The notes below the pieces were generated by a model. The model searched no databases. It was not told the origin of the DNA and saw nothing but the letters and a program-made list of their open reading frames with translations. The position numbers and the translations under genes were made by a program. This document shows positions 10,671-23,117 of a stretch of 64,000 bases of DNA, piece by piece. Numbering within the stretch: the first letter of the stretch is position 1; each line of letters starts with the position of its first letter. This DNA is from Rhizodiscina lignyota (Eukaryota): NCBI GenBank assembly GCA_010015805.1, contig ML978122.1, positions 2,390,453-2,454,452 on the forward strand, read 5' to 3'.

Positions 10671-11993
10671 TTATCGTAAATTTCTGAAATAGCACAACGC
10701 AACAGTCGCAGAGCTGACGATCATGCAAGAGCCCGTAAACAGAATCACAGACTCATACTTGGCAGTGCCGTAGCTACCGACGCGAACCATTTCCTTCAGC
10801 AAAGCGCCACCAACTGGCCCAGCAAGCATATTGCCAATGCCTTTCCCAAAGTTCAAAAACCCGAATGCCGCGAAGGCTCCGGTAGACTCGCTACTGACCG
10901 CGGTGCCCATTCGGCCCCAGAGCGCCGTGTAGCCGGCACCAAAGAAGCCGTAGAAGAGAGAAAAGACGACCAAGACGCTGAAAGAGTGCGCCACGCCCCA
11001 GCAGCCGTAGACGGCAGCGGCAGCTATCAGCGTCGACGAGGTGGCAAGCAGGTTCAAGGGCAGTTTGCCATCTGACAAGTAGCCAAAACTCATCTGGCCT
11101 AGCACCTGTGATACGCTCATCATGGCTAGGAGGATGGCGCCGTGTGTCGGGCTCAGTCCGTTGGACGAGGCGTACGAAGGAAGGTAGAGAGAGGGGAAGA
11201 AATACCCAAGGCCCATCGCGAAGTTGGAAACGCTGTAGATCCAGAAACGCGGCGCTTTCAGAAAGGACCAGTCCGTCCTGCTGGCGGCCCCCTCCTCAGG
11301 AGCGCGCCCTCTGAGGAAGAAGATCAAAGGCCCCGTGCCGACGAACAGTCCAATGGCCATGGCCCTCAGCGTGGTCGGATAGCCATACCTGCGCAGCAGC
11401 GCGTCTATGCAGAACGGCATCACAGCGCCCGAGACGCCCGATGCGCTGCACAGTATCCCATACGCCATGCCCCTCCGCGCGACCCAGTACTCGTTCACCA
11501 TGCTGATGATGGGGTAGTAGAAGATGGTGAAGCCCACGCCGTACATGACGCCCTGCGTGACAATGAGCGTCGCCAGCGTGCGCGCAAACGAGCCGGCGAC
11601 CAGCGCCAGCAGACACAGCGGCCACCCGATCCAGATCATGTAGCGGCGGTAGACGGAGAAGCGCTTGATGAACGGAATCACAAGCGGCGCGGCCATGTAT
11701 GAGATGCCGCTGGCGGTCGTGCCGACTACCGCGATGAAGGGGTCGCCTTTGAATTCGGGCAGCTGGGAGTAGTAGTTTTGGAAGACGCCAAATGAGAGCG
11801 GGAAGCCCCAGAGCAGTGCTTCGAACACGAAGGCAGCTAGCAGCATCCTCCACGCCGCTGTTCCTCCATCGGCGCGAGGGAGAGACGGGATGGCATGCAA
11901 AGCTTCGGGATGCTGGACACTATCTAATCCTGGTGGCGGGGCCTCGAGAGTTGCTGTGACCTCCTGTAATTCGAGCTCGTGCTGTTGAGACAT
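10671..11993 (-). CDS. MFS transporter, monocarboxylate porter (MCH-like) family
   Basis: DGGTAAW..FPLSFGVFQNYY, EYWVARRGMAYG and GYLSD motifs, about 12 TM helices, strong GC3 bias. Confidence 0.93.
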   Translation of the reverse strand: MSQQHELELQEVTATLEAPPPGLDSVQHPEALHAIPSLPRADGGTAAWRMLLAAFVFEALLWGFPLSFGVFQNYYSQLPEFKGDPFIAVVGTTASGISYMAAPLVIPFIKRFSVYRRYMIWIGWPLCLLALVAGSFARTLATLIVTQGVMYGVGFTIFYYPIISMVNEYWVARRGMAYGILCSASGVSGAVMPFCIDALLRRYGYPTTLRAMAIGLFVGTGPLIFFLRGRAPEEGAASRTDWSFLKAPRFWIYSVSNFAMGLGYFFPSLYLPSYASSNGLSPTHGAILLAMMSVSQVLGQMSFGYLSDGKLPLNLLATSSTLIAAAAVYGCWGVAHSFSVLVVFSLFYGFFGAGYTALWGRMGTAVSSESTGAFAAFGFLNFGKGIGNMLAGPVGGALLKEMVRVGSYGTAKYESVILFTGSCMIVSSATVALCYFRNLR

Positions 11994-12244
11994 TTCTCAA
12001 GCTGCTGGTGCGGCCAAATGTAATGTCTACGTTGAAGTTAATGGTCTCGGTTCCTAGAGAAGGTGCACTCCATTAAGTCCAAATCTGAGCCGAGGTAGGA
12101 ATTTTCCACTATAAAGAGGCTCAGTAAAGTAAGAGCCATAGGCGACAATACAATCGCATTTTTCCAGTAGCCGAGGTTAGGGTATAATTGCGATAATAAA
12201 GCAGACTCAACTCATGCCCCATACTACGCCATAGTCGAAAATCC

Positions 12245-12585
12245 TTTTTGAGAAGGCGTCCCCAGAGTGTTGTGGACATGACCGAAATAAGCCATTCATC
12301 CTTCACACCAGCCAAAAGTGCTTTTGATACTTTTGAAAGCGTCCCCCAAATCGCTATCGTGAACATGAACCAATAACCCTACCAAGGTAATCGGATCTCC
12401 AAAGATGCTCCAAGAGTAATCGCCATAATGTTCACATTGTCCCATCACCAGCTCCGTTCCTTTTGAAAGGCGTGCCCCGAAATCGTTATCGTGAACAGAA
12501 CCCAATAAGCCTACCAACCATGATCGGCCTTTTGAAAAATGCTCCAAGCGTAATCGTCGTAATGCTCACAATTGTCACATCACCG
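12245..12585. repeat. Imperfect tandem repeat, ~130 bp unit x2 plus a partial third copy
   Basis: TTTTGAAAG(G)CGT..CC..AAATCG(C/T)TATCGTGAACA..CCAATAA..CTACCAA..ATGCTCCAAG..GTAATCG..TAATG..CACA..TTGTC..CATCACC occurs at ~12331 and ~12461, with a partial copy at ~12245. Confidence 0.75.
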
Positions 12586-12646
12586 TACGTCAGCAAGCAG
12601 CCCAAACGTCCTCATCGACGGACTTCATCACCAACACACCCACCAC

Positions 12647-14388
12647 TCAGCGATGCCAACCCTCTCCCATCCCGCCCATCATCCTGCCCCGGCCATGCTG
12701 CTGCGTAGCGTACTGATTAACCGCCGCACCGGCATACTGCGCATGTCCCTGCATCTGCGACATGGCATTCTGCATCGCGGCCGCGCCAAACTGCGGACTC
12801 GCCGTGCCCTGGCTCTGATGCTGCTGGTTATGCATCATCGTCTGCGGCGGAGGCGCCTGCTGCTGCGGAGGCGCTGGCGGCGGCGTGTCTTTCGCACCAC
12901 TCCCCGCACCACCACCCATGTACCTGCCAACCAGATTGCGCAGCTCCTCGACGCGGATCTTCTCTGCCGCATGATCCTTCCTCTCGCGCTCGAGCTCCTT
13001 GCGCAGGCTCTCGACTTCTGCCTTCAGACGCTCGTTCTCCGCCGTGACTGCTGCGGTGGCGGCGTGGTTGCCGGCTTCGCGGAGCGCGGCAACTTCCTGC
13101 TCCAAGGACTCCTTGTCCATCTTGAGCAGCGCCATGGCGCTGCGGTCCTGCTCGTTCGGGCGCGGGAGGGCGTTGCGCGCGCCATCGCGCTGGCGCTGGG
13201 CCTGGACTTCCGCGCGCTGGCGGATCTCTTCTGCCTCGTCCTCATGCGGCGTGAGGTCGACCTGGGCCTTTCGTATCCTTCCAACCTCGTTCCTGACATC
13301 CTGCTTCGTGGCGCTCAGGTCCGGCCACCTCTCCACCAGCTCGTCGTAGATCTTGCGCACCTTCAGCCCCCGCCTTAAGCCCTTGACGATCGCCTCCTTG
13401 ACCTCGTCGGTCATCTTCCGGTGGATGGGATTCATCTTCGGGTCGTCGGGCCCGTGGTTGTGCTCGCCGTGGATGACGCGCAGCCGCCACACCTCTTCTT
13501 CCAAGCCGTCGTCGCGCACGCGCCGGAGCCGGTTGCCAGCGATCTTCATCTTGCAGCCGGAGCGCTTGCTCACGCGGCCCTTGCGCACGCGCGTCTCGTC
13601 GGTGAGGTGGTGGTTGTTCATCGGCCGGCCCTCGCGCGTGCACACGATGATCGATTTTTGCCCGGTAGCCGTCGACTTCTTGATGCTGAGGGCGTAGCCG
13701 TATTGGCGGGCGTGCTCGTTCGCCGCTCTGAGTAGCTCGTCGCGCGTGGGGTAGATTGTTCCTGCGGGCGGTGGGGGCATTGGGTTGTCGGTGTCGACGG
13801 TGGTGGCCTCTGGCGCGCCGGGGTCGGCAATGGGAGCGTCATCGCCGTCGTCGCCGTCGTCGCCGTCGTCCATGGATCGATCGCCATCGTCGTCATTGTC
13901 ATTGTCATTGTCGTTCGAAGGGTTTGCGGACTCGAGGAGCTGCTGCGAGGGGGAGTCGGGGTTTGGAGGGTGGGTGGGCAGAGAGTCGCTGCGAGGGTGG
14001 TCGAGTGATCGCTGAGCTTTCTTCTGCTGGCCCGGGTTTACTTGTACGAACGCCCTTACGGCGGAGAGGTCTGGCTCGGTGTATGCATGCTGAGGATGCG
14101 GCAGCGGGGTGAATTGGCCTGCTGCTGGTCTGTACGGACCCGGCGGAGGCGGTGGAGGAGGAGCAGGTCCGGGTCTAGCATAGCTGGGCTGCTCTGGAGC
14201 ACGATGCTGGGCAGCCGCGCTACCGTTCTCCTCGACCGGAGGCCTGGTGAACACAGGAGTTGTTAGGGCGGGCTGCGGCCAGCTGTCGAGAGAAGTAAGA
14301 CTGCACTACGACCGGACAGAGCGATGGGGGGCGATTGAGATGGTACTTGCCAGACGAAAGCTCTGCCGTTACCCGTATTGCTGTACAT
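12647..14388 (-). CDS. FAR1/WRKY-GCM1-type zinc-finger plus HTH protein derived from a MULE transposase N-terminus, with no DDE domain (putative transcription factor)
   Basis: YPTRDELLRAANEHARQYGYALSIKKS..VCTREG..SKRSGCKMKI..WRLRVIHGEHNH, then HRKMT..KVRKIYDEL..TKQDVRNE, a coiled coil and a Gln-rich tail. Exon 1 (14388-14351) joins in frame through a GC-AG intron at 14350-14244. Confidence 0.8.
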
Positions 14389-15018
14389 GATGATCGGGAT
14401 TGCAGCGATCTTCAGATAATGCGGGGATGATGGTGTCGAGTAGGAGCTGGAGGAGAGGACCTTAGCAGAGCGGCGAGAAAGAGGGCGGTCAATAACAGCG
14501 AATCGTCCGTGCGCGATCCCGGCCTCCAGTTTTCTATTTTGGGAAAACTGGCTGGACCCGTGGGACGACAATGCCTTTCTCGATAGCCCACTGTGATAGA
14601 GTCTTGAATTCCAAGAATCATACTGTGTGCAGATGACAGATGCTACTTTTGAAGCACGCAGATTCTCAACATTCGAGTTCTATACCTTGTGAAAATGCGC
14701 GAGGCCATGCCATTGGTGGTCTTCAACTGTCCTGCACCAAATTAGGATGACTGCAAAATCTCCAAAATAAAGCCGGTAAACTCGAGTATTGCAGAAGATA
14801 TACTTCATTGTACGTCGGTCAGCTCTTCGAATCCGAGCCAATCCGTAACAATATCCAAGTCGTGCTAGTACGTTCTTCAAAAGAGACTCGCAATGCGTCT
14901 ATCAAATGCATCAATTCAGCGCTGAACGCTTTTCAGAATATAGTACAATCGCTATGCTTCCCTTATCCGACCAACGCCAAACATGTCTATCAAATGGGTA
15001 TCAAAGTCGGCCAAAGGC

Positions 15019-16214
15019 CTATGAGAAAGTCTTCTCCTGCGACGCCTTACCTGGCTCATCTTTTACAACGATCTCCTCTTTCCGCGCAATGAAACTCTCA
15101 TGCGCAAGCCCCAGCATGGCCTGCGCGAGCGACGCGCTCACGCCCGGCTTCAGCAGCTCGCCCTTTTTCAGCCAGAAATGCCGCACAAACTGCCCCTTGC
15201 ACTCCGTGCCGCTCTCGGGATAGCCGTTGCCCTCGGCGCACGGAATGTCCTTGACGTCGTGCTCCTGGTCGAACTCGTAGCGGATGTAGTCGGCGAAGGC
15301 GCGCTGCTCTGCGGGCCAGGGGTTCTTCCAGTGGCTGCAGTTCGGGTACTTGACCTCGTCGTCGGGACATGAGGTCCAAGCGGCGAGCATGTCGTGGGTG
15401 CGAGGTAGGTTCTGCGCGACGACGAAGCCGGCGTTGTTGACGACCTTGCCGTAGCTGTCTTTGTTCCAGCTCCTGTCGGGGTCGAGCGCCATTGCGAGAG
15501 ACGTCTTCTCAGGGACGACGCGCCAGCGGTTGAGGAGCCACTCGAAAGGGAGGGAGAGGTGCGTGAAGACGGCATCGGCGTCGATGGAGATGCAGACGTC
15601 GTGGGATTTGAGGATGCGCGAGAGTGCGGAGGGCTTGGTCCAGAAAGGGGCACGGTCGGGTTGCTTGTCGGTACGGATGAAGTAGTATTCGTAGCCGTGG
15701 ATCATGGCTGGGCATATCAGCTGCTGTCCTAACAAGCAAGCGGAGAGACAAAGCACTCACCATACATATAGTGGTTCAGCATTCCAGCAGCGAGCGGGTG
15801 CGTCTTGTCCCAGTTGAGCGGATTCTCGTCCATAATTTCGCCCTCCTTGTCGAGAGGTCTCGTGTCGATGTCGATGATACAGAGCCTCTTGCCCAAAGGC
15901 TTCGTCCAAAGTGGCTCGCCCTGAATTCCCCACTCCGTTCCAGCATAGTCGCGGAAAGTGGTTCCGTCGATGGCCTGAGTAGGCTTATATAGTGTTCGTA
16001 CGAGCTTTCTGAACGACGAAGTGTCTACGTCTTCTGCAGCAGCTGCGAGCTGAGCTGAAGGTCTGAATCGGTGCAGCTGTTCAGGTACGATGGGAGCCTC
16101 GAGCGAGAGCCAGGAGAGAATGAAGAAGAAGATGAGAAGCAGAGCGAGGATCCATGGCGCTCGCCTAATTCTTTGAACGAGGGTCATGTTGGGGTGTTCT
16201 TTGAATGCATACAT
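15019..16214 (-). CDS. Golgi type II glycosyltransferase, GT34 (GMA12/MNN10-like)
   Basis: N-terminal TM anchor, LNHYMYAMIHGYEY, WTKP, a DxD motif (IDADAVF), NAGFVVAQ, WPAEQ. Intron 15760-15708. Confidence 0.88.
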
Positions 16215-17636
16215 AGTGTCGTTGAGGAAGGACAGTAGCGACAGTGGAGCAGAAGGGAAGAGAGATTAGGTGTAACAGCCTTCTCGCAGCCCGAGTGGGC
16301 ATATAAGAGCGTGCCAAGTACAGTGAACGTGTGCAAGTTGGGGAAGGAGCAAGGCTTTGTCTCGGTCACCGGCGCAGAGGCATGTCGAGCCTTAAGGCTC
16401 CGCGGGAATGGGCATATGCAAATGCCAGCTGGCTGTGAATCAGCAAGCGGTGAGCAGGGCCGTCTGTGATAGGATTCGGCGAGAAATGAGGGAGCACAGC
16501 GGCGAGAAGTAGCTAAGCAAGAAGAGCTGTACAGGGCGGCGCAGTCGGGGCATGAAGTATAAGCTCTCTTGGCTGTTACCTATGGATGGGGGCGAAAAGG
16601 TTGCGAGCAGGCCGGGGTGGGATGATGGCTTTGTCCACTGCCCATTCCTCGCACGTAATAAGATCGAGTCGCGAGCACGCTTCGTTTTGGGTAACACTTT
16701 GCCAGCACGAGCCACAGGGCGCAGTTTCACCCTCATGCATTTGGCCGCTCGAGAAGACGTCCGGAAGGGCGAGGAAGACGGGGCGTCGCAGCACCTCGTC
16801 ATGCCGACTTGGCGGGCCATATTTCGCTGCTCGCGCTGCTGGCCGACGAGCTGCGTTTGAGCCTGAAACATGCTGCCAAGCGTGAAGCCAGTCAGGAGAG
16901 GAAAATGGGCAATTCCCAAATATGCGTGTGGGGGATCTTCCGCCCGTGATTTGGTAGGGCAGCAATAAGCTTAACTCTAGCCTTGCGCGCTAACATTAGC
17001 CCAACGGCGCGGCCCACCCACTTCAGCCTTGCTGACGGCCATCGCGCTAGTGAACACATTACCTAACACGTCTGCTGCGCACTCGACACACATATATCAA
17101 TCGACGCGTTCGACGTTTCCCGAAAGTAGGAAATTCCGTAGTCTAACAGCGCTGGGGATGTCTGGCAGTGTGCATGATGCTCGGGTACTTGCGCGAATGC
17201 ACCGGGGGGAGCATCCTGCGGCGACTTTTCAACACTTGGCTTCCAGCTCGCGCAAATTGCTGACACGCAAAGGGGAGTCGCACGCGACTCGAGCACTGCA
17301 TTCGACTTTCACAGGAGCTCGCTCAAGTTTCGCCGGACTTGGTGGAATTCCATTCGGAGACACTTGCGAGTCGGCATCTGCCGCTCGAGCTATCATTTAC
17401 CCCCATGGATAAATGTCAGATTTAAGTCTTCAACAAAGACCGCGCTAACCACACAGCACGGATGCTGTTAACAAGCATCATCCTCTATCCCGACCTATTT
17501 TCGAAAGTCCAGACTTCAGCTCTCTTACGGCCGAACCGCCTCCATCTTCTTGTTGAGCTTCACCCACCACAACAGAAACTACCCCATGAGAGACAGAACA
17601 TGCCCCTTCCAGTTTTGTACGGGACCTCTAAACTTC

Positions 17637-17976
17637 TCAGTCGCTACCGCAAATGAATTGTCCCGGTGTGGCTGAAGAAGTACAGAGGCCTCCAGTCGAA
17701 TGACAAGGCGCACCGGCGAAGCATGCTGGAGCTTGTCCACTCGAGAGTAGCTGTATCATTACCACAGTCAGCTAGGATACCAACAATCCATCTAGAGTCT
17801 CTTGCGAAACTAAAGATACTATAACGAGGAACGGGATTTCCACATACGCAACATCCAGTTTGTGAGGTGCACCCGTTGGCTCCGTCCGTAGAGCAAGTTC
17901 CCACTTGCGGCGTGGTGGCAGCGTAAGCTATCCCAACGGATTGAAGCGCGAAGGCGGCAATAACGATGAAACGCAT
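17637..17976 (-). CDS. Small secreted cysteine-rich protein (80 aa, 8 Cys)
   Basis: Signal peptide. Exons 17976-17848 and 17750-17637 are joined by GTATGT...CTGAC...ACAG, giving ...GTCSTDGANGCTSQTGCC/LLSSGQAPACFAGAPCHSTGGLCTSSATPGQFICGSD. Confidence 0.8.
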
Positions 17977-18442
17977 GATTGGAGCTTGCTCGAGCCAATG
18001 AAGGTAGAGACTGGAAGGAAAATGGTAGGTATGATGAGTAAAATGAAGTCAGTTGAAAGGTCGAAAGATTTAAGTACACCACGATACTTCGAGCTGACCT
18101 TTATATCTACGCAAAGACTGCCTGTCAGGCTGCGGAATGAACCGCTTTTCTACTCATCTTTCACCGTTCTACAGACACTATAATGCGCTTTAATTGAGGT
18201 TGAGTCAGTCAAAGTGACAAAGCTAAAGTTTAGCCCTTACTATTTCCTATTTCGGACAGTCAGACGAAGCCGTATAGAGCCAACACCGAGCTCGCAACGG
18301 ATTCTCTATATCTGAATCATTATTGTGGGCATCTCTCGTGTTCGCAATTCCGACATTCTGCACACTCAGCACTACGAAATATGAAACATCGGATGATGTC
18401 ATTAAATCCGTCCTTTCATGAAACTCTTCCTCCTTCCTTCCT

Positions 18443-20112
18443 CTAACCGTGGAAAGCTTCCAACTTCGCCCGACCGCTCTTCAGTACCCACACCCATATC
18501 GCATCAACGAGCAGCACGTCGAAGAAGCTGAACACCAGACTGCCACCAAACACAACGCTCTGGTACGTCCACGCATTATCCGGATTCAAGTCCTTCACCT
18601 GGCAGACGATCGCCCACGGTAGCACGTACAACAGGTTCGACGCCAGACTCTGGTACAGATACCACTTCGGCCTCGTCGCGAGCAGCACCGTCGCAAGCTG
18701 CGTCGACATAGCGTAGAAGATGTAGCACCAGTCGATCGTGCGCCACATATGCCCCGTGATCTTCGCAACTGCATCCGAGTTGGAGAGATAATATGCGAAT
18801 GGCCGAGCTCCGAAGAGCGAGAGGAAGAGACACAGTGGGATTTCTACGACCAGTGCAACAATCAGCGAGATGACCGCTGGTTTCAACAATGCGCGCATGG
18901 TCGGCCAGCTAGCTCTCGGGCTTCTCGCGTTTCCGATACTCCGCCGCCATTCCCCCCACGTGTGGCCGATGAATGTCAGCGACGTTGCTTCAAGCGATTG
19001 CACCGGCACCATGACGAGGCCCCAGCGGATGGTGTTGAAGACACCCCATGCGGTGGCATAGTCTGTGCCCATCGCCACAATCGTGCTGACGAGCCAGAGA
19101 TACAGTGCGTTCCGGATTGCAGACTCTGCTAATGTGATTAGGCCCGGCCGTGCGAGAATCTTCAGGGCATGTAGACTCGGAGAAAGCGATATCCTCGGGC
19201 CCCTCTCTCTTTCTTCGCTCTTGCTGAACTTGAAGCTGTTGCTGTAGAGGAAATATGCCAACCCAACTAGCGCGGATGTCATATTGCACGCCAGCTGGTT
19301 TCCACCCTGCATGTTCACCGTAGGCTTGAAGCTGCCAACATGGAACTTTGAAATGATCAGAAGATCCAATACGATATTGACCGCGAACTTGACCGAGCTG
19401 ATCATGAGCGGCACGTCCGGCTTATCCAGCGCCCTCGTCGCCGTCGCCACCGCCGTCTCGATCGCGGAACTCAGCGATGAAAACGCGCTGATGCGCACAT
19501 ATGTCAGGCTCGCCTGCCGAATCTGCGCGGGCACGAAGCCCTTCGCAAACGTGCTCGCCGCGCCCACGAACGCGACGCTCATGACAAGCCCGAGGATGGA
19601 TTGCACTAGAATCAGCGTGTGCGTGAGCTGCAGCCGCTGCCCGAGCGAGCGTGACGACTTGTCGCCGATGGTGACCCATGCGGCGCGCGGAAGGCCCTCG
19701 TTCAGCACCTCGGCGACGACGCCGACGTACGTGTACGCGTCCGTCGTCGCAACGAGCGAGGCGTCGATGTTGGCGACCCAGAGTTTGGAGAGCGTGGCGT
19801 AGAGGGCGGGGAGGGTGAAGGCGGCGAGGTTGAAGAGGAGCGCGCCGAAGTAACTACATAGCCAATATTAACCTGAATTCTGAAACTCTGGAGCTGAATG
19901 GATGTGATGTTGGGGATAAATCACCTGTCGCGATGGATGTATGCAGGCAGCCTTGTCCACCAAGTCTTCCAAGTTCCATCACGCTCGTCGACGTCCTCGA
20001 AAGGCTGAGTAGCTTCATCAGGCTGCTCAATCCCTCGATCTTCAACTTGGATATCGTTCTTCGGCAACATCCTGTACCGCGCTCTTTCTCCAGCTCTTCT
20101 GAGGAGCCACAT
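18443..20112 (-). CDS. MATE/MOP-flippase-like multipass membrane transporter
   Basis: About 12 TM helices, with [50 protein letters not shown] and [10 protein letters not shown]. Intron 19924-19854. The start codon is uncertain (20112 or 20070). Confidence 0.8.
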
Positions 20113-21635
20113 GATTCCGTCCCCGACGCGCGCAGCCCCTTCAAATACTATGCGCTCTTCACGTTCACCTCATACCCATCTACGCGACGTTCCCCGCGCC
20201 GTACGCACTCGGTCGAGTTTGCCCGTTCAGCACGACTTTTGCAAAGTTCCAGCAGGATCAAGGGGAGTCGGGCGTAAGTTGTAGAGGCGAGGTCGTACAG
20301 ACTCCACCTGAGAACGGCTCGGGCCGGCGCCTGATTGGATGTTTACTTGAGTACGTCAGGGAGCATCGGGTGCGAGTTCTGCATTCATGGGGGTTTGCAT
20401 TTGCCAAGAGGGCAGGCGGGATAGCGAGCATGTGAAATATGAGACTCTGTGGACGGTGGCAGCTTGCTTTGATTAAAGGCCTGTTCGAAGGGCGACGGGT
20501 CCCATGAAGTTGTATTTTGTTGAATTTCAGAGTATCGTAGAGTGCTCGATCGTCGACTACAACTACGGAGTATTGTCGTGACAGCTTGACAGCTCGAAGG
20601 CCTTCTTGAATAGAAAGGATGATCCATATCTCAAGCGGTCTGGTGAGTCCGGTCAAAGTCCACAATGCCAGAGCGTTTGTTGTCTTGCAAAATCAATAAT
20701 TACCCAGAGGCACGAGATAGTGGCCAACCGCTCATCGGGCTAAGCGAACGTATCATCAACAACAAGATGATCAGATCATGGTGATAGTAGCCCCTATCTC
20801 CGCAATAGGAATCAAATCCATTTCGAGATGATAAATCTACAGAAGACAGGCCGATTGATATCTCCAAATTCGACAATCGGAGGTAAGATGTTCAGTAAAC
20901 CCCAGAATCCGCTTCCAAGTTCTCTCACATGATATCGAGAGCCTTCAGGGGCCGGCATCTGGGGGGCCTTAGACCTATCAAGGCGTTCGCAAACGCTATC
21001 ACATGTAGTTTTGGGAGAATGGTACGTATCTTAATAGGCTGTAAGTGCTTTCATTCGGCTATATCGTTTGTGTGCTGGACACTGAGAGACATAAAGAGAC
21101 TTGTGCCGTGGGGTTTGCCCAAGCATCAGTCGTGCTGATGGGCGTCCAGGTCTTTCATATGACACAGGGCAACGCGGAAGACCTAAGGCTATCAGCGACT
21201 ACAACCGCAAAGCCTCTCTCTTGGAATTCCACTTCTCGAAGCAGAATACGGCTGTGCTCGAAGTAGCTGGAGGTAGTCGTAAAATTAAAGTGCGGAGAGG
21301 CGCCGATGACGTGGGATTTTTAGTCAGCCTGTTTCGCGCTCTTTCAAAGCCCAAATTCCTCTCAAACACCACGCACTTCCTCCTTCCTCGCAAAATCCCG
21401 ACGATGGGATTTCAGCTAATTCCATAAGGCGTGTGTTCCGCGCCCTTCGCTGCTTACTCATGCCTGGAGGAGACTCCAGATCTGGAGTTCATCCCAGATC
21501 CGGTTGGATACAGCGAAAACCCCGTGACTCTCGAGCGAGACGTGCATAAGGTTTGTCAGGGGTTTAAGTAGCCGCATTTCTTGTCGATATCATGCTATCA
21601 AACTCTGATCAATTTTCCTCTTCACCTTTGTCGAA

Positions 21636-22917
21636 ATGACTACGAAACTGCTGCAAGAATGGTTCCCGGGAACAGAGACGCCCTTTATCTGCAATGCGCC
21701 CATGTTCACAGCGACGAATGGGAAGCTCGCCGCCGCTGTGTCTGGCGCTGGAGGGTTAGGTAGGTATTTCAAAATATTAAGAAAGTCTCCGCAGGGCGCG
21801 CTTTTGGCTTATTTGTCTTCAAGGCATGATCGGGGCAGGGTTTGACTTCTCGCCCAACTCGGAGCAGATCCAACTTCTGGACCAGGAGCTCACAACTGCC
21901 CGAAAACTTCTTGGCCTAGAGTCCGACACTGAAGGGGCGCTGCCAGTCTGCATCGGATTCGTCACGCCGATCACAACTTCTGAGCAGTTCATAACGAATC
22001 TCACTCCAGTGCTGAAGAAGCACAGACCCTGCGGAGTCTGGCTTTTCTGCCCATCTCCGTCTACAGGACACCCTGCGATTCTCCAGTACTGTCGCTCGCT
22101 GGGCCAAAGCTGGGGTCTAAGGACCTTCATTCAAGTCGGTACCGTTGCCGCTGCGCGCGAAGCTGTCTACGATGGCGCGGACATCATTGTCGCGCAAGGA
22201 TCTGACGCCGGCGGCCACCAATGGGCGAATGGCTCCGGTATCGTCAGTATTGTCCCAGAAGCGAAGGAAATGTTAAGCAGCGAGTTCCCTGACCGTACGA
22301 TTCCCGTTATTGCCGCTGGGGGTATCGTGGACGGAAGAGGGGTGGTGGCGGCGCTGGCTCTGGGCAAGTTGATTTTTCATGTGACGCTCGCAAGGAGGCT
22401 CGGCTAATTACGGCTAGGCGCGGACGGTATCTGCATGGGCACAAGGGTACGATTTTGCTATGAAATTGATAACTTCGGAACTGATCTTTCTAGTTTACGG
22501 TCTGTGAGGAGTCGCCTGTTCCGGAAGTGACAAAGGCCGCAATTCTCGCGGCGTCCGATGGCGGAGTATCAACGATAAAGTCCACCGTTCACGATGACAT
22601 CCAGAGTGTCGGCTTCTTCCCCGACCTGTACGATGGACGAGCTTTAATTGGAAAGAGCTATATCGACTTCGAAAACGGAGTAAAGGTCGAAGATCTTGTG
22701 GCTCAGCACAACTCGGCGAAGGCAGCAGGAGACGAATCCAGAAGCATTCAATTTGCGTAAGTGATTAGATCTCCGGTAGACTTGGTTAAGAAGCTGATAT
22801 TTGAACAGGGGAACGGCGCTGGGCTTGGTTAGGGAAAAGGGGAAAGCGGCAGATGTTGTGAAGGACGTGAGATCGGAGGCGAAGCGGATCATTCAGGAGC
22901 TGAAGACGAGAATTTGA
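21636..22917 (+). CDS. Nitronate monooxygenase (2-nitropropane dioxygenase) family flavoprotein, multi-exon
   Basis: ICNAPM..LAAAVSGAGGLG, IQVGTV, DIIVAQGSDAGGH, VIAAGGIVDGRGVVAALALGADGICMGTR, YDGRA. Confidence 0.92.
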
Positions 22918-23117
22918 TGCTTAACATTAAAGCTATCGGCGTCTTCGTTCCACTGGTAGTATATTTAGGCATGCTTTCGCCAATAAAAGCTCTGTAAATC
23001 AAATATCTTGGAGATGGACCTCTTTGGAATTTGGTTTATGTGTCCTATCAGTTCTGCACCCTCCCTTCGCTCCACCCGCTAGCGGGACCCGAAACAGGAC
23101 CTAAGCATTAACAATGC

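Noticed and set aside
12572..13378. 268-aa plus-strand ORF, and similar antisense ORFs over the MFS, MATE, MET5 and NECAP genes
   Set aside because: These are shadow ORFs caused by high GC3 on the opposite coding strand, with no recognisable motifs.
17637..17976. Hydrophobin assignment for the 8-Cys peptide
   Set aside because: Hydrophobins have two CC pairs (C-CC-C-C-CC-C); this peptide has one.
21473..21488. Perfect 16-bp palindrome ACTCCAGATCTGGAGT upstream of the monooxygenase gene
   Set aside because: It is isolated and I cannot assign a factor or element to it.
10671..22917. Secondary-metabolite cluster (MFS, MATE, TF-like gene, oxidoreductase, glycosyltransferase)
   Set aside because: There is no backbone synthase (PKS, NRPS, terpene cyclase or RiPP precursor) in the window.
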